Positions 40,966-53,975 of a stretch of 64,000 nucleotides of DNA are shown here, in pieces. Positions within the stretch are counted from its first letter, which is position 1. Each line of letters starts with the position of its first letter. Both the position numbers and the translations under genes were made by a program. Source of the DNA: the human T2T-CHM13v2.0 reference genome, Homo sapiens; assembly GCF_009914755.1 (NCBI RefSeq), contig NC_060928.1; one strand, written 5' to 3'. A model generated the notes under the pieces. That model saw only the letters and a program-made list of their open reading frames with translations. It did not search any database and was not told the origin of the DNA.

Positions 40966-43173
40966 CAAAGATGAAAAGCAGAAAGGGAAGGTAAAGAAGA
41001 AGCAGAATATTTTAAAAATAAGAGGAGGAGTGAAAAGGGAGAGAAAAGAGAGAGAAAAAGGACAAAGAAAGAATGAGAGAAGGACAAGAAGAATATGCAT
41101 TTTTCTGATATGGATTCACAATTCCTGGTCTGATCCTCTTGGGACCAGGTGTTTTTCATATTCCAAATCTGGGGGTTTTTAAAGAGGGTACTGTGGGGCA
41201 TTGTACCCACATGAGGGCAGCCTCCTGTACACAAACACACATTGACATTTCTGCAGCAAAAAGGTATGTATATTCACACAATGTGGGATAAACAAAGACT
41301 AGAAAGAGCCTCACGTAGTTGGAGTTGGGTCAGATTTTCTTAAACTTTAGGTTTTCAGAGGATTTTGGACTTAGGAGGATGTTCATGGAGCATGGTTCTC
41401 TTATGGGGCCTCTGCAACCCAAGCCATGCTAAGATGGAGTCTGCTCACACTTTTTGTGTCTAAGAAGGCAAAATGCCCGGGGCCGAGAGCCTTTCCCCTG
41501 CTGTTGTGTTCTCAGGTCTCATCCAAGGTGAGTTTTGGGCCAAGTGTTCCCAAGAAAGCATTGAGGACAAACCATTTGCTCAGTCTAGAAAAAGACAGGG
41601 CTTTGTTCGCAATCAAAGCAAGATGAAGAATGAGAGACAGGGAGAGAAGCCTTCGTATGGAAAATCCAGTCCTTTAGTTGCATAATCTTCACTTTTCCCC
41701 ACTAATAAGCCCCATTTTCCATTATTCTTTTCTGGGAAATAGTTCCACAGTCATTTTCCCAGCTGCTGGGCCCCCGCCTCTGCTGTCCTGGCTGCAGATG
41801 GTCTGGGCAGCGTCTGGTGGAACCCCCATGGGGCCTCCAAGCATTGAGAGTGCTCCCCTCCTACAGGATTTGTCCTGGAACCAGCTGAGCTTACTATTGA
41901 ATGGCCTGAGGCAGCCGCAGACATATTTCTGCTGTCACTCAAGGATCCTGGAGCGTATCCAAGCCCAACTCCCAGTGCCATATCTAGAGGTGAGGGTTAG
42001 GATAGGGCAGAGAAAAGAAAACAAGATTCACGGCCAGGTAGGTTTGGCTTTCAGGCTTGTCTCTGCCACTTGTCATGTGATCTTAGGCACATGACTTCAT
42101 CTTTCTGAATTTCAGTCTCCTCCTCTGTAGAAAGTGAATAGTGATATTCTCTTGCAGAGCTGTTGTGAAGGTGAAAGGAGATAACATAGGATAATATAGG
42201 AAAAGCCTAGGCCCTTACTGAATAGCAAGTGTTCCTATGTTTGTTGTTCCATGAACCATCTGTTGACTCTTCTTTGGGGAGTGGTTTCCTGTTTCCTAGG
42301 TGGTGGTTGGGGTGACGGCTGTGGGAGAAATTGGAAGACTTTTGGAACAAGTCCCTGAGTTTCTCCTGCCCTGGTCCATACTCCCCAGACCTCAGGCAAT
42401 TCCACAACTTTTGGGACCCTCCAGAAAGCTGTCCTGCAATTGGGCCGGTTTCTATAAAGCAAAGTTGACTTCAAAACCTCCCTCTCCAAGATGTCAATGG
42501 TTAGAAGCAACCCACTGGTGATCACACCAGCTCACTCGACCTGGCCTACCTAGGGGCCAGTGTAGCTCCAGGGCTGGCCCTGCCCCAAGCAGACACCTCC
42601 ACCTGCCTGGGCACATCTGCCCTGGACCAGCCCCTTGGTGCTTCCCAAGTCAGCTGCTGCCGTGGTCGGCAGCTCACAGAGCTCTCATAGACAGGGAGGA
42701 GACCCAGCCAGCACTGACCACTGGTATTGATGCCCAGGGCAACACAAGGCCTCCTCAGCTCTTAGGACTCACCTGTGTCAGGTTGAGATTCTACTCACTG
42801 TGCATGGTCACTATTGTCTGTGCAGTGCTGTTGGCTCCTGGTGTCTGTCCGTGGAGTCCTCATGGTCCAAGATGGTTGCTTGAGCTCCAGCTACCATGTC
42901 TGTGTTCCGACTGCTTCCTCCCCACCCAGTGACCATCACTGAGCACACATCTCACTGATTCATGTGATGGTTCTAAACAAATCTATACATTATTTGAGAA
43001 AGGCGGGAGTCTGTGTCCCCTCCTCCTGAGACTGAGCCAGCCTTTGTGACTTACTTGTTACCAATAAAAGGCAATGGAAGAAAGGCCACATGCCTCATCC
43101 CAGAAAGCTCATGCAGTTTCCAGCTGGTACTCTTGCCAGGCGTGCTCTTGGGGACAGCCACCACTAAGTCTCA

Positions 43174-43569
<396 letters not shown>

Positions 43570-46523
43570 TCAGGCCACAGTTCCTGGGAAGTGGTTCCTC
43601 TCTCTACCCTGCTATGGAAGCAGTTGGGGAAGCTGCTAGGAGGGTGAGCTCTGGAGGCTGAGTGTTGGGAGTCACATGCTACTTCCTCTGCTCATTGGCA
43701 TGTGTCCTTATGCGTTACCTACCCACTGGGCCTCCTTTTTCATCTGTAAAATGGGTATGATAATTGTCACCACCTCACAGAATTGATATGAAGATTAGAT
43801 TAGTTAATAAATGAGACAGTCTCAGAACTGTGTCTCACTCAATATCACCTGTTTTATTTCATGCCACCAATTATTTCATAAAATTACTGTTTCCTCATAT
43901 ATAGCTTTCTCTCCACTGGAATGTGGCTGTACAGGGCAGGCACTATGGTCACTGTGCTGGTGACCATCCTATCCTCACTGCTGGGTCACCACAACCTCGA
44001 AGAGTGTCTGTCACACAGCAGGGACTTGAATCAGTTTGGATCAGGTTTTTTTGCTTTTTCTTTTATTTTTGAGTTTGGATCAGGTTTGACTATGTGTAAC
44101 AGATCAACTCAAAACAACAGTGGCTTTAAAAGGGAGCAGTTTATCTGCCTCTCAGGAATAAGAGGTGTCTGGAGGCGTACACCCCAGGAAAAGTTTTGTG
44201 AAACTGTCATTGTCAGAGGTCCAGACTCCTTCCATCTTGCTCCTGCAGCAGGTTTAGTGTGTCTACTTCATGGTCCATGATGGCTGCTTAAGCTGCAGCC
44301 ATCACATCTGAATTCTGTGTCAGGAACAAAAAGGCACAAAGAGGCATAAAAAGGCATACCAGTTTTTTTTGGCGAAAATTTCTAGCAGTTCTATACAATA
44401 ATTCAGTTTACATCTCATTGGCCTAACCTTAATGCATGGTTACATCAGCTAGGAAGCTTATCCCACTGGGAAGGGCAGTGTTATTCCCACCGGGAAGGGC
44501 AGCATTATTCCCAGTTAAAGTCAGGATTCTAAGGGACAGGAGGAAATATTGAGAAGAAATGAGCAGTCTCTGGCCAGTGCTCAGTAACTCTCAGACAGAT
44601 AGATAAATGGTCCAGCCCGCCTCTGCCCTTTCCACCCACGCCCTGGGGGTTCCCACTGCCCTGCAGGCCAGCTGACCTGTGATTTGCGCCAGCTTTGTCT
44701 CTAGAAGGCTGTGACTACTGCCTGAGAGGGAGTCAAAAGGTAGGAAGGAGGCTGGCTCAGGAGAGGGGAATGGTGCAAGGCAGAAGCAGCCACTCTTCCA
44801 TCCTTGGCATACCCATCCTTGACAATGACACTGTCATCAGTCATCCCTTCCATGCCCAGGGCCTGCTGTGGCAGGGACTTTGGGGGCTTGCTCCAAAGGA
44901 GTGAGGATAGCTAAGGACAAGACCAATCTTCTTTACTTCCTAAGATTTCATCACCCCAGGACTTCATCTGCTTGGTTACCAGATGGTTATCACCATCTAC
45001 CCCCACAGGACACAAGCTGTCACCTTGTGGCCACCGTCAGTGCGAGTCAGCAGTCCTCTGGGCAGGTGTGAAGGTTCCAGCTGATGAATGGGAAACTTCA
45101 GGCCGGAGAGGGAGGGCAGAAGCCCTACTCAGGCTCTTGGGTCCCAAGAGCCCTGCATCCTCTTTGGCTCAAGGTGCAAAATCTTCTGAGAAGGTTGGGC
45201 CATAGTGGGTTCCGGAAACAGGTGCCAAGTCACAAGCTTCTGCTTCTGAAAGGGGAGAGCAGGGAGCTGGATTTGGGCAAATCTAGGCCAGGTTCACACA
45301 TGCTGAGTGGACAGACTCTGGCTCCTACCTGGATCCTGCTCCTCTGCAGCTTTCTGTGCTCGTGGTCATTGTCCGTCTCGCTCTATCCTGGCCTCTTCTG
45401 CTGACCACCAGAGCCCCACAGACCACGACCTCTGGCCTGGGCTGAGTCTTCTGGCTGCTAGGAGTGGAGGATTCACAAAGTTCACAGTCTCATTAGTCCT
45501 CAGGAATAAAAGGTCCTACTTGGCTACTAGATGATTCCTTACCGCCATCACCAACACCAAAGCCAAGATCAAGGGAAGACCGTCACGGGTCTCTTGAGGA
45601 CCTGAGCATGGAGGCGGGCACCAATGCAGAACACTGAGCTCTTCGTTGACTTTGGCAAAGTTCTTGTCCCATGCTATGCACTTTGCACCTAGCATCCTAT
45701 TTCGTTTTCCCCTCAACCCCGTGCTGTTGAGACCATTGTTATTATCCCCATTTCACAGATGAGGAAACTGAGGTGTAGAGAGGTAGACTTGCCCAAGGAC
45801 CTCACCTACAGGGAAGCCCCAGTGACCCTGTGGGGAGGTAAAAAAGGACATCTAGAAAACGTGTGATCTCCTCTTGGTGGCAGGGGCCTTGCTAGCAAAG
45901 CAAGAACATTGCAGACATGAATGCTGGATCTAGATATTTTGGTTATCACCTGGCATGACAGAGTGTTAGAGGTGGACTGACCCGGGAGAGGACCAAATCC
46001 AAAATTCTCCTTATGCAGAGGAGGAAACGCAGGCCAGAGTGGGGAAGCACCTTGCCCTGGCTTCATGTCAGCAGGTCCAACGTGCAGCCTGCTCTCATTT
46101 AGTTCGGACATTTCTTTTCCCTGATGAGTTGCTATTTTGTAAAAAGGCTTTTCTTTGGTTTAAAAAAAAAAAAGTATTTCTGTCCTGTGGGCATGGTTGG
46201 ATTTTCCCTCAACTTTTCACTAGCACCAAGTGCAAAAAAGGCTGAGGTTGTTACACAGTGACAAGCACCCCCTATCAGTATATTTTGGGAGGACAAACAA
46301 CTTCAAGGGACTCAGCATCATCTTATCATGACACCTCCCACTCCCAAGAGTGATCTACGTAAGTATCATGCTAAACACTTCACAGTTACTCCATCGCATC
46401 CCCCAGTCCCTGACGGAGGAACTCCTCCTTACTTTTCGCGTCTTGTAGCTGAGGACACTGAGGTTTATCCAGGGAACCTATCCAAGATTACACACTTGAT
46501 AAACAGCAGAACCAGCTCTAAAG

Positions 46524-46850
46524 GAGGGTTGGCAAACCACAGCCCACAAGTGAGATCCAACCAGCTGCCTATTTTTGCATGGCCCATGAGCTGAGAATAG
46601 TTCTTACACTTTTAGAGGATTGGTGGGGCGGGGGGGAAAGGACCAAAGAAGAATATTTCACGACTCGTGAAAATTATATGAATTTCAAATGTCAGTGTCC
46701 ATAAATAAAGTTTTATTGGGACACTGCCATGCCCATTCATTTACAGATTGCTGCTGCTTTCGAGTAGTTGCAACAGAAATGGTACGGCCAGCAAAGCCTA
46801 AAATATTTACTGCCTGGCCCTTTACAGAAAAAGTTTGCTGACCACCCCCG
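46524..46850. mobile_element. MER58B-like hAT-Charlie element
   Basis: agggttggcaaac...gtaataaagtttt-like core (aaataaagttttattgggacac)...tggccctttacagaaaaagtttgctgacc. Confidence 0.8.
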
Positions 46851-48314
46851 CTCTAAAGCAAAGGCTCCTACCCCATGTTTTAATGTTCCAAGAGAGCTCC
46901 AAGGCTGGCATCAGAACTGTGAGCGTCAGGGTTTCCAGACCTTACCCTCAGAATGATGCCAGACAAGACAAGCCATGGAAATCACCAAACTTCTCTGGGG
47001 CTTAACTGCAAAATAAGGATAATCATCATGCCCTGCCTGGCTCCTAAAACTGTCAGAAGATGAAAACAAAATAATGTACATGAAAGCATTTTGTAATCCA
47101 GAAAGCACTCTACAGAAATGGAAATGATTCAGAGAAAGAGGGCTGGTATAAAGGAAAGAAGCCAACTGGAGGAGGTGGGGGCGGGTTTGCCTTGCTTTTG
47201 CAGGATTCATTAATAAAACAGACCAAGCCTGTTGGGAATGGCCTTTGTCATAAACCCTGTGCCCCTTGCTCCCCCATGGAGCATATTCTTTGACCCTGAA
47301 GCATGGATTCATCTCTTAAAACATTTACATTTGGGGCCAGTGTCACTGTCCCAGAGAAATGGCTTGCAGGGCATTCCCAGGTTTGGGCTTCTTCCCAAGG
47401 TGTGGGCTTCCTCCATGAGGCAATTTTAAGGTACTAGGAAGACTTCCCTGTCCCCAAATTCACTCTGCTCTTTTCTGCTCACTGATTTGCAAAATTTCAC
47501 GGAGATTCATTTCTGTGATTATTCCAAATCTGTTAAAACAAATATTTCTGGACTAGGCTATCATTAAACCCTGTTGGTTATTTCTAGAGTGTGAACAAAT
47601 CAGTTGATCATTTGTTCAAGAAATATTTGCTAAGGTCCCGCAAAATGTAGGAGACCAATGGGCATTCGAGGGACAGACAGGAGACGCTAGGAGGGTGAAA
47701 CCGAATCAGATGTTGTCACCACTGTGTCCAACCAGCTCCATTTTTCAAGGTGTTTAAGAAAGAGAAGGGAGAAAGAAAAGAAGGTGTAGCAAGAGTTCCA
47801 GCAGGCATGGTTAGGGCTGGAATCCTTCTACGATGGAGAAGGGTGAGAGGCAGCAGAGCCCGAGAGCTAAGTTTTGTGGAGACACATTTTGATTTTGTGA
47901 AGGGGTATTTGGAGCTGCTGCCTGGTAACTCCGGGGTGGAGTCCACTGCTGCCATGAACCCCCTCCCACTTACAGGGGAACCTGCTGTTTTTGACTGTCA
48001 GCACAAAAGCCAATCTGAACCCGACAGCAGCCCAGCTTTCCTATCGCTCCCCACCCACAGGCGCAGCCCCCCTGCTGGCACCATGGATGCCTGACACTCA
48101 GCTGATCTTTTAAAAGTGAGAAACAAACAAAACTCTGTGCAGAATTGGATGTTTATTTCCACCATCTGCATGGCAATACAAGTTCAAGTTATAATGGCAT
48201 CCGCTCTCCATCAGTATTAGGCAACCATTTAAACATCTACAGCCATTTACTGATTATAAACACACACTAAAAAAAAAGGCGGCAAGTGGCATGTGGCCCC
48301 ACACCTGCTGCCTC

Positions 48315-48440
48315 TGTGTGCGTCAGTCAATTTCATGCCTAGGAAGCTCTGGGCTCCATGGGGATGGATCTATAAAGCAGTTTGGTTGGTTGTGGGTTTT
48401 ACTTTTTTTTCCCTGGGAACAGCATAAACCAAGTTGGCCC
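48315..48440 (+). repeat. Donor copy of a local ~120-bp direct duplication
   Basis: 48338-48440 matches 52412-52515 except for one T in a homopolymer. Confidence 0.95.
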
Positions 48441-51129
48441 AAAATACACTTATTGCAAATAGATGGGAATAAATGGAAAATAGACAATGATCATTTGCTT
48501 TTAATTAGAAGATAAAAATTGATGAGTGTTTTTACTGGCCTTCAAGAAAAGTTAGCAGGGATTACTGTTCAAATGCTCCTGCTTGCCACCACCCCCACCT
48601 CTCCCATCCCAGGAAGGTCTGAGTCACCAGGCAAGGACGGAACAGCACATCAACTGGATGTGGTGAGAGGCACTGGAAACTGAAGAAATCGATGCAATTT
48701 ATAGGGGGAAAAAAAGAAAAGTTGATCCAAAAACTGGGAAAACGTTTTCTGGATCAACTTTTTGTCTTGCAAAAGGTTTCCCTACCTCCTTCAGACCTGC
48801 CCCTGGCCGTCATGGGCCTGTGGCTGGCTGCAGCCTGAGACCTGCCTCAGTACCGTCCTGAAGGGGCTGTGTGGTTTTGGGTTGCCATTCTCAGAATCTG
48901 CTTTATTACCTGGGAGAGCTAAAATGGGGAATTTCATAAGACTAATGGATTCCTAGGGACTCTGGATCTTACATTTCCAGGTTAATGTCTCCAACGTAAG
49001 GTTTGTTTTGGTTTGTCTGAGAGTTTTCTAACTAAAAGTATCTTCTGCCACTGTGGTGTAAAGGCCCCACTGATTGCCCATGACCAAGTTTTTTGGAAGG
49101 AGGAGTGGGAATAGACCTCTCTCAGCTTCTGATCTGGTCAGAAGCTCCAAGTTCTCCCAGAAAGCTCCTTCATCTCTCTCATGTGATCCATGAAGCGCAT
49201 CAGAGACTCTTCCACCAGGAGCACCACAGTCAGCTCCTCTGCTCCACCCCGGGGGTGCCTCTCTGCCCCCCTTTCCTTTGAACACTGGTTTTGAGATGGC
49301 GCTCTGCCTTCTCGGCTCATTGAGCCTGGCTAGCGGGAACCCAGCATAGCTTGCTTTGTCTTCAATCCATTTTAGAATAAAAGTTAGCTCTATATAGCTA
49401 CAACAATTACCACCCCACCACCAGCATATTACAGAACTAATCCTATTTGGGGTTCTAACTTAAAGCCTCACATTGGGAAAGTTGGCATTGAAAGTGAATT
49501 ATTACACACCAATGTGGACTCAAGTCCATTTCTCACGATAACCAGCAAAACTTGAAGCTTGTCAAATTATAATTTCTCCAGCATCCTGAAAGACCTTTGG
49601 GAGCCTGTGTGGAGGCATAAACATCTCCTGTAAATCCAGTTTTATTAACCCAGGGGAAAGTTGTTTTAAAAAAAAAAACAAAATGAAAACACTGTCTCAA
49701 GTACTTTCAATCTCCCCTCTCTGCACTTCTGTAATTGTCACTGGTTCCTAATGCTTCCTGATTCCCTCCTCTTACCCTTTTTCCACTAAAATCTACCCTT
49801 AGGATCTTATTTGCATCCTGACTAACGGGTAAAAGGAAGGTCATTACAGAAATGAAACCGACAGCATATTTTACAACATCAAGACATTATTGTTAAATTT
49901 TTCAGGTGTGATAATGGTATTGTGACTTAAAAAACAAAAATGACTCCTTTCCTTTGGTGACCCATATTGAAATGTGAGCTACACCCAGAAATGATGATGA
50001 GATTTGCTTAAAGTGATAGAGGGGAGGACTGGCTGGTGCTGTAGGTGAAACAAAACTGGACTTGGTATGTGCCAAAGCTGATTAATGGATACTAGGCGTC
50101 ATCATATTTTTTGGTATATGCTTGAAAGTTTCTATAATAAAAAGTGTGTTTTTTTTTTAAACAAAAAGCCCACTCTTAGGGAAACATCTGATAAATACAT
50201 CCAAAGTAAGATGTCACCAACGAATAAGGATAAATAGCAGTTATCTATTTCCTGAGGCATCTGCGTTTAACAGGACTTAAAAAGCCTTAAGACAAAGAAA
50301 TGAATCCAACAGTGCAAGTCAGGCAGGAGAAAAGAGAAGGGGAGCGAGTGGCCACCTCCAAAAAGGCCACTGAAGCCAAGCGCTCTGAAGAGAGTTCCAG
50401 GCTCAGTTTTCTTTCTTTATCAGAACGAATAGGATTTAATAAAGATAGGCCAACAAATACAACTACATTTTACAAAGACTGTTTCTGGTGCTATTTTATT
50501 GAGGATCTTTTCCAGTTTATTTTTAACCACCATTTAATAATTTTAAATAAGATTCATTTAATAATAGCTACTGTCAGACCACTTGCTATATACGAGACTT
50601 TTTGCTAAGTACTTTATATATGATAGATTCTTCCATTTGATCTTTATTTCAATCCTGTGAGATATTATCCCCATTTTACTGATGAGTCAAAAGTAACTTG
50701 TGCAAGATCACTCAGCCACTAAGTGGCAGAGCCAGGGTTGAAGTCTGGCCTCTCACTTTGTGATCACTGTGGTGCCCAGGAGAAACCTCTTCCTGAAGGT
50801 TGGTCACTGAACAACTGATTCACCTTCTCACGGCATATGGACCACTTATCAAAGGTGTACTAAATCATTGAGTCATGAACCATTCCTCAAAACAGTAGTT
50901 AGTATTTAAAATCATAAAATAGCTAAAAAAAGATGCCAGATGAAAACAATGGCATAATCTGCGATAGCCAACACAGAAAAGATTCATGAGGCTAATGAAC
51001 CTTACTGACGATTGGTGTCACTGTAGTAGTACCAAGTGGATGCAACTGGGTTTAGTAGACATGTTTAGAGCAAGGGAGAAAAGAATGAGTAGAAATGTGT
51101 GCAGAAGGGTGTAGGTCATTCTGTTGGCC

Positions 51130-51512
51130 ACGGGTATCAAAGGTTGGATTCTCTGGGAGGTACATACTGAGGCAAAGTTAGGACAGCAAAAGTTTTATTG
51201 GGGAGTAACACCTAAAAAAGAAAAGAGGGGAAGCAGGCCAGGGCAGGGGGAGCCCTCGGACTGTGATGCAGACCCAACCAAGTGTCTGCTAGCCCAGCAG
51301 GGAGCTCCAGAGCCGCACTGGGTGGAAATGGCTAGGCCCTTATATCTGCGCCTTGCTCAGAAACTGGCTAAAGGCCATGACTTTGGCTCAAAGACAGGCT
51401 TGAGCTAACCTTGAAGGAGCTAACAGTAGGGAGGCTGTCAGCTAAGCACACTCCTTGCAGCTGGGTAGTCTTTCCGTGCAAGATCTGAACAGAACCTCTT
51501 TGTGTCTACCAC
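51130..51512. mobile_element. Old ERVL LTR (LTR33-like; uncertain)
   Basis: ggttggattctctgggagg...aagttttattgggagtaacacc...gactgtgatgcag resembles recalled ERVL LTR consensus. Confidence 0.45.
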
Positions 51513-51624
51513 CCAAGTAAAATTTTTAGAGCTCTATTCTAGGAGAGATGGAAAACCACTGAGTAGTTTCAATCAGATACAATGGGATTTCAAACATAGT
51601 TATATAAATACTTAATAATACCTA

Positions 51625-52910
51625 TTGAATCATTCATGCAATAAATATTTGAGTGTCTGTCATGTTCCAGGTGCTGTTTAGGTGCTTGGGATACACGAGT
51701 GAACAAAACGAAGATTCTGCTTCAGTGGAGTTTATGCTATAGCCAGAGAGGGAGAGACAAACAGTACAACATAATAAATATGTAGATGACAAACTATGTT
51801 GGACCTCTGCTCCTCAGTGTGGTCATGGGCCAGCAGTGTGGGCACGCCCTAGGGATTTGCTAGAGATGCTGCCCCACCCCAGACCTAGTGAATTTGAATC
51901 TGCATTTTAACAACTCCAGATGATTCTTACAAACCCTAAAACTGAGGCCCCACCCTCAATTTTAAGACAATTTTTACACAATGTTAACCGGGGGTAGGGG
52001 GAGGGGGAGATAGCTACCGTATTAAAAAGGGTAGTCAAGGTAGAGCTCATTGAAAAGGGAGAACTTTGGTAAAAAGTATGAAGGAAGTGAGTTAGCCAAG
52101 CATCTGGGTTAAGAGATGTTTCCAGGCAGAGGGACTAGCTTGAGGCAAGGCTCTAAGGCAAAGCATGCCTGGAGTGTTTGAGGAACAGCAAGATGGCCAG
52201 TTTGGCTGGAATGGAGCAGGCAAGGATGAAGAGTTGGGTCAGAAAGATAAAGGGGGAGTGGTTATGATGGCCAGTGCTGTGGGGCCTTTTGGGACACAGC
52301 AAGGCCTTGGGCTTATTCTCTGAGTGACATGGGAGCTACTGCAGGAGTTTGAACAGACAAGCGACAGGACCTGTTTCCAGAGGATCACTCTGGCTGTGTG
52401 TGCGTCACATACCTAGGAAGCTCTGGGCTCCATGGGGATGGATCTATAAAGCAGTTTGGTTGGTTGTGGGTTTTACTTTTTTTTTCCCTGGGAACAGCAT
52501 AAACCAAGTTGGCCCCATGTGTAAACGGACATGGGTAGAACCAGGGGAATCAAGGGTACTGTCATAATCCAGACAAGAAACACTGGGAGTTCAGAACTGG
52601 CTGGTTACAGAGCAGGTGGGAAATGGCTTGATTCTGGATAAATTAGTACATAGATATAGCATGATCTCTTGATGGATTTGGCGTAGGATGTGAGAGAGAA
52701 AAGTAGAGGATAACTCCAAGGTTTCTGGCCTAATCAACTGAAGAGAAGTTCAGATCACAGGTTTTCAGGGGAGATCAAGGAATCAATCACCTTTGTCATG
52801 TGGAGGTTGAGATGTCTATCAGACATGCAAAAGATGTTGACTAGGCAGTTGCATACAAGTGCAGGGTTGAGGAAAGAAGTCTGCTAAAGATATCCATTTG
52901 GGAGCTATGA
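51625..52910 (-). mobile_element. L2 LINE 3' region with a nested MER5-like element (~51800-51950) and the duplicated insert
   Basis: tcattcatgcaataaatatttgagtg (antisense L2 tail); ccaggcagaggga; aggatcactctggctg; gataactccaaggtttctggcc; gagatgtctatcagacat. Confidence 0.85.
52397..52515 (+). repeat. Acceptor copy of the local duplication, inside L2
   Basis: Copy of 48315-48440 with an 8-nt deletion, one substitution and one extra T. Confidence 0.95.
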
Positions 52911-53943
52911 TCAGCTATTCTACTACAAAATCATGTAAGAATAGGGCTAAATATACTGAACAACTGGCATGCCTGTAGATCTGCCTATTATACCATAAAT
53001 TTTGGTCAGATAATATAATCAATGTGGAAGTGATTGTGATGTGAACTTATTCTGTATATGTTTCCTGGGTTGTGACCTGAAATTTCAGGTAATTAGTCAA
53101 TGCACTTTAAATATGGGTTTAAAAAAATTCTCAAAAATGCAAAACAAAAGAAAATCCATAAAAGCCAAAATAGAAAAACCCTGAAAATAAAAAATAAAGG
53201 TCATCTAAAATCAACTGCATACTTTTAATTTCCACTGGCAAATGGACAAAATTCATTGATAACTCCCCCTCAAAAAAAGTTCCACTGAATAAACTACATA
53301 ATACTGAATACATTTAAATTTAAATCTAGCACAACTTAGGACAGTATAGCTTTTTGCGGAGCATAATAGCAGTTATTAAAAGTAAGTACTCTATGCATAG
53401 ATACCGAGTTAATCACGTTACCATACATTGTCTCATTTAATCTTCAATCCTATAAGGTTGTATCTATTTTATATTTGATGAGACTGAGATTCAAAGAGGC
53501 TGAATATGTGGCCTCACATGGTTAATAAGCACCAGTGCAGAGATCAAATTCCAAATCAAAGACCACTACCTGCAAACTTCAAATAGCACAATTTAGATGT
53601 GAAATCTAAAGCAGAAAGTGATATTAACCTATTTTCAAATAAAAGATAGTATTTCTTTTAGAAAAGATTAAATGCTTCTAAGTACTTTCTACAGTCAATA
53701 GATCCTTTGCAAAATGATTGCTGGAATATCGTCTCTTTCCTTTTTTTTTTGTTTTAATTTAGCCCCCAGCCATGACTCATGCTTCTCATTAAGGTATGAC
53801 TTTTCTTGCTGATTTCTAGACAAGCTGATACTGATGACTGAATCAAAAATGGGCAAGTAATTTAGTTCAGTTATTTGTACTTTCAGATTTTATCTATCGT
53901 AATGATTAGGTAAAATAACGTACTGTCAGTGACTTATCAAAAA

Positions 53944-53975
53944 TTTATTTCATATAATAAATTATATAATTTATT
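53944..53975 (-). terminator. SEPSECS: SEPSECS distal polyadenylation signals
   Basis: Two minus-strand AATAAA hexamers (+ strand tttatt at 53944-53949 and 53970-53975), ~3.9 kb past the stop. Fits my recollection of a long SEPSECS 3' UTR; the cleavage site near 53930 is inferred. Confidence 0.7.

Noticed and set aside
40416-41240. Longest ORF (274 aa, minus strand)
   Set aside because: It runs through an antisense AluJ and a pyrimidine-rich tract; typical Alu-derived peptide with no exon structure.
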